Source: Eledone cirrhosa (taxonomy: Eukaryota). From it: a DNA stretch of 64,000 nucleotides. This document shows positions 58,401-64,000 of this stretch, piece by piece. The DNA lies in the NCBI GenBank assembly GCA_964016885.1, contig OZ024742.1:212536001-212600000 (forward strand), given 5' to 3'. Under the pieces are notes generated by a model. It did not search any database and was not told where the DNA came from. It worked only from the letters and a program-made list of their open reading frames with translations. A program made the position numbers and the translations under genes. Every line of letters begins with the position of its first letter. Positions within the stretch are counted from its first letter, which is position 1.

Positions 58401-61400
58401 TGGAACAAGATTGAAGACATAATCTATATTATGGTCTATGTATGTAGTGCTATAACTATGGAACAAGATTGAAGACATAATCTATATTATGGTCTATGTA
58501 TGCAGTGCTATAACTATGGCACAAGATTGAAAACATAATCTATATTATGGTCTATGTATGTAGTGCTATAACTATGGAACAAGATTGAAGACATAATCTA
58601 TATTATGGTCTATGTATGTAGTGCTATAACTATGGAACAAGATTGAAGACATAATCTATATTATGTTCTATGGATGTAGTGCTATAATTATGGAACAAGA
58701 TTGAAGACATAATCTATATTATGTTCTATGTATGTAGTGCTATAACTATGGAACAAGATTGAAGACATGATCTATATTATGGTCTATGTATGTAGTGCTA
58801 TAACTATGGAACAAGATTGAAGACATAATCTATATTATGGTCTATGTATGTAGTGCTATAACTATGGCACAAGATTGAAGACATAATCTATATTATGGTT
58901 TATGTATGTAGTGCTATAACTATGGAACAAGATTGAAGACATAATCTATATTATGTTCTATGTATGTAGTGCTATAACTATGGAACAAGATTGAAGACAT
59001 AATCTATATATGGTCTATGTATGTAGTGCTATAACTATGGAACAAGATTGAAGACATAATCTATATTATGTTCTATGTATGTAGTGCTATAACTATGGAA
59101 CAAGATCGAAGACATAATCTATATTATGTTCTACGTATGTAGTGCTATAACTATAGAACAAGATTGAAGACATAATCTATATTATGGTCTATGTATGTAG
59201 TGCTATAACTATGGCATAAGATTGAAGACATAATCTATATTATGTTCTATGTATGTAGTGCTATAACTATGGAACAAGATTGAAGACATAATCTATATTA
59301 TGGTCTATGTATGTAGTGCTATAACTATGGCACAAGATTGAAGACATAATCTATATTATGGTCTATGTATGTAGTGCTATAACTATGGAACAAGATTGAA
59401 GACATAATCTATATTATGTTCTATGTATGTAGTGCTATAACTATGGAACAAGATTGAAGACATAATCTATATTATGGTCTATGTATGTAGTGCTATAACT
59501 ATGGCAAAAGATTGAAGACATAATCTATATTATGGTCTATGTATGTAGTGCTATAACTATGGAACAAGATTGAAGACATAATCTATATTATGTTCTATGT
59601 ATGTAGTGCTATAACTATGGAACAAGATTGAAGACATAATCTATATTATGTTCTATGTATGTAGTGCTATAACTATGGAACAAGATTGAAGACATAATCT
59701 ATATATGGTCTATGTATGTAGTGCTATAACTATGGAACAAGATTGAAGACATAATCTATATTATGTTCTATGTATGTAGTGCTATAACTATGAAACAAGA
59801 TTGAAGACATAATCTATATTATGGTCTATGTATGTAGTGCTATAACTATGGAACAAGATTGAAGACATAATCTATATTATGGTCTATGTATGTAGTGCTA
59901 TAACTATGGCAAAAGATTGAAGACATAATCGATATTATGGTCTATGTATGTAGTGCTATAACTATGGAACAAGATTGAAGACATAATTTATATATGGTCT
60001 ATGTATGTAGTGCTATAACTATGGAACAAGATTGAAGACATAATCTATATTATGTTCTATGTATGTAGTGCTATAACTATGGAACAAGATTGAAGACATA
60101 ATCTATATTATGTTCTATGTATGTAGTGCTATAACTATGGAACAAGATTGAAGACATAATCTATATTATGTTCTATGTATGTAGTGCTATAACTATGGAA
60201 CAAGATTGAAGACATAATCTATATTATGGTCTATGTATGTAGTGCTATAACTATGGAACAAGATTGAAGACATAATCAATATTATGGTCTATGTATGTAG
60301 TGCTATAACTATGGCACAATATTGAAGACATAATCTATATTATGGTTTATGTTTGTCGTGCTATAACTATGGAACAAGATTGAAGACATAATCTATATTA
60401 TGTTCTATGTATGTAGTGCTATAACTATGGAACAAGATTGAAGACATAATCTATATATGGTCTATGTATGTAGTGCTATAACTATGGAACAAGATTGAAG
60501 ACATAATCTATATTATGTTCTATGTATGTAGTGCTATAACTATGGAACAAGATTGAAGACATAATCTATATTATGGTCTATGTATGTAGTGCTATAACTA
60601 TGGAACAAGATTGAAGACATAATCTATATTATGTTCTATGTATGTAGTGCTATAACTATGGAACAAGATTGAAGACATAATCTATATTATGTTCTATGTA
60701 TGTAGTGCTATAACTATGGAACAAGATTGAAGACATAATCTATATTATGGTCTATGTATGTAGTGCTATAACTATGGAACAAGATTGAAGACATAATCAA
60801 TATTATGGTCTATGTATGTAGTGCTATAACTATGGCACAAGATTGAAGACATAATCTATATTATGGTTTATGTTTGTCGTGCTATAACTATGGAACAAGA
60901 TTGAAGACATAATCTATATTATGTTCTATGTATGTAGTGCTATAACTATGGAACAAGATTGAAGACATAATCTATATATGGTCTATGTATGTAGTGCTAT
61001 AACTATGGAACAAGATTGAAGACATAATCTATATTATGTTCTATGTATGTAGTGCTATAACTATGGAACAAGATTGAAGACATAATCTATATTATGTTCT
61101 ATGTATGTAGTGGTATAACTATGAAACAAGATCAAAGACATAATCTATATTATGTTCTATGTATGTAGTGCTATAACTATGGAACAAGATTGAAGACATA
61201 ATCTATATTATGGTCTATGTATGTAGTGCTATAACTATGGAACAAGATTGAAGACATAATCTATATTATGGTCCATGTATGTAGTGCTATAACTATGGCA
61301 CAAGATTGAAGACATAATCTATATTATGGTTTATGTATGTAGTGCTATAACTATGGAACAAGATTGAAGACATAATCTATATTATGTTCTATGTATGTAG

Positions 61401-64000
61401 TGCTATAGCTATGGAACAAGATTGAAGACATAATCTATATATGGTCTATGTATGTAGTGCTATAACTATGGAACAAGATTGAAGACATAATCTATATTAT
61501 GTTCTATGTATGTAGTGCTATAACTATGGAACAAGATCGAAGACATAATCTATATTATGATCTACGTATGTAGTGCTATAACTATGGAACAAGATTGAAG
61601 ACATAATCTATATTATGGTCTATGTATGTAGTGCTATAACTATGGCAAAAGATTGAAGACATAATCGATATTATGGTCTATGTATGTAGTGCTATAACTA
61701 TGGAACAAGATTGAAGACATAATTTATATATGGTCTATGTATGTAGTGCTATAACTATGGAACAAGATTGAAGACATAATCTATATTATGTTCTATGTAT
61801 GTAGTGCTATAACTATGGAACAAGATTGAAGACATAATCTATATTATGTTCTATGTATGTAGTGCTATAACTATGGAACAAGATTGAAGACATAATCTAT
61901 ATTATGTTCTATGTATGTAGTGCTATAACTATGGAACAAGATTGAAGACATAATCTATATTATGGTCTATGTATGTAGTGCTATAACTATGGAACAAGAT
62001 TGAAGACATAATCAATATTATGGTCTATGTATGTAGTGCTATAACTATGGCACAAGATTGAAGACATAATCTATATTATGGTTTATGTTTGTCGTGCTAT
62101 AACTATGGAACAAGATTGAAGACATAATCTATATTATGTTCTATGTATGTAGTGCTATAACTATGGAACAAGATTGAAGACATAATCTATATATGGTCTA
62201 TGTATGTAGTGCTATAACTATGGAACAAGATTGAAGACATAATCTATATTATGTTCTATGTATGTAGTGCTATAACTATGGAACAAGATTGAAGACATAA
62301 TCTATATTATGTTCTATGTATGTAGTGGTATAACTATGAAACAAGATCAAAGACATAATCTATATTATGTTCTATGTATGTAGTGCTATAACTATGGAAC
62401 AAGATTGAAGACATAATCTATATTATGGTCTATGTATGTAGTGCTATAACTATGGAACAAGATTGAAGACATAATCTATATTATGGTCCATGTATGTAGT
62501 GCTATAACTATGGCACAAGATTGAAGACATAATCTATATTATGGTTTATGTATGTAGTGCTATAACTATGGAACAAGATTGAAGACATAATCTATATTAT
62601 GTTCTATGTATGTAGTGCTATAGCTATGGAACAAGATTGAAGACATAATCTATATATGGTCTATGTATGTAGTGCTATAACTATGGAACAAGATTGAAGA
62701 CATAATCTATATTATGTTCTATGTATGTAGTGCTATAACTATGGAACAAGATCGAAGACATAATCTATATTATGATCTACGTATGTAGTGCTATAACTAT
62801 AGAACAAGATTGAAGACATCATCTATATTATGGTCTATGTATGTAGTGCTATAACTATGGCATAAGATTGAAGACATAATCTATATTATGTTCAATGTAT
62901 GTAGTGCTATAACTATGGAACAAGATTGAAGACATAATCTATATTATGGTCTATGTATGTAGTGCTATAACTATGGCACAAGATTGAAGACATAATCTAT
63001 ATTATGGTCTATGTATGTAGTGCTATAACTATGGAACAAGATTGAAGACAAAATCTATATTATGGTCTATGTATGTAGTGCTATAACTATGGAACAAGAT
63101 TGAAGACATAATCTATATTATGGTCTATGTATGTAGTGCTATAACTATGGCAAAAGATTGAAGACATAATCTATATTATGGTCTATGTATGTAGTGCTAT
63201 AACTATGGAACAAGATTGAAGACATAATCTATATTATGCTCTATGTATGTAGTGCTATAACTCTGGAACAAGATTGAAGACATAATCTATATTATGTTCT
63301 ATGTATGTAGTGCTATAACTATGGAACAAGATTGAAGACAATCTATATATGGTCTATGTATGTAGTGCTATAACTATGGAAGAAGATTGAAGACATAATC
63401 TATATTATGTTCTATGTATGTAGTGCTATAACTATGAAACAAGATTGAAGACAATCTATATTATGTTCTATGTATGTAGTGCTATAACTATGGAACAAGA
63501 TTGAAGACATAATCTATATTATGGTCTATGTATGTAGTGCTATAACTATGGAACAAGATTGAAGACATAATCAATATTATGGTCTATGTATGTATGTAGT
63601 GCTATAACTATGGCACAAGATTGAAGACATAATCTATATTATGGTTTATGTATGTCGTGCTATAACTATGGAACAAGATTGAAGACATAATCTAAATATG
63701 GTCTATGTATGTAGTGCTATAACTATGGAACAAGATTGAAGACATAATCTATATTATGTTCTATGTATGTAGTGCTATAACTATGGAACAAGATTGAAGA
63801 CATAATCTATATTATGTTCTATGTATGTAGTGCTATAACTATGGAACAAGATTGAAGACATAATCTATATATGGTCTATGTATGTAGTGCTATAACTATG
63901 GAACAAGATTGAAGACATAATCTATATTATGTTCTATGTATGTAGTGCTATAACTATGGAACAAGATTGAAGACATAATCTATATTATGTTCTATGTATG
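37428..64000. repeat. 58-bp satellite array, about 460 monomers, running off the window
   Basis: Consensus TATGTAGTGCTATAACTATGGAACAAGATTGAAGACATAATCTATATTATG(G/T)TCTATG, with 56, 57 and 62-bp variants. Confidence 0.98.

Noticed and set aside
37428-64000. CRISPR-like array
   Set aside because: Monomers are contiguous with no unique spacers, there are no cas genes, and the context is a spliced eukaryotic gene.

Overview
AT-rich animal DNA whose repeat content suggests a cephalopod (octopus-like; inference). The only host coding sequence is two minus-strand exons of a calcineurin A (PPP3C-type) gene at 30969-31114 and 16685-16824, so the rest is probably intronic. Bases 1-16.5 kb are a (TA)n-type array that hosts three copies of an RTE-clade LINE (a 3' end, a full-length frameshifted copy, a full-length intact copy), all from a family with a PHD-like finger inserted in the RT. 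It also hosts a 5'-truncated CR1-group LINE and a ~710-bp palindrome whose arms each carry a hammerhead-ribozyme-like core, a TATA box and an ORF start (Penelope-like terminal-repeat layout). 17-37 kb holds old LINE relics, tRNA-derived SINEs and a TTAA-flanked MITE. From ~37.4 kb to the end is a 58-bp satellite with nested higher-order duplications. All comparisons were made by eye; no alignments or database searches were run.
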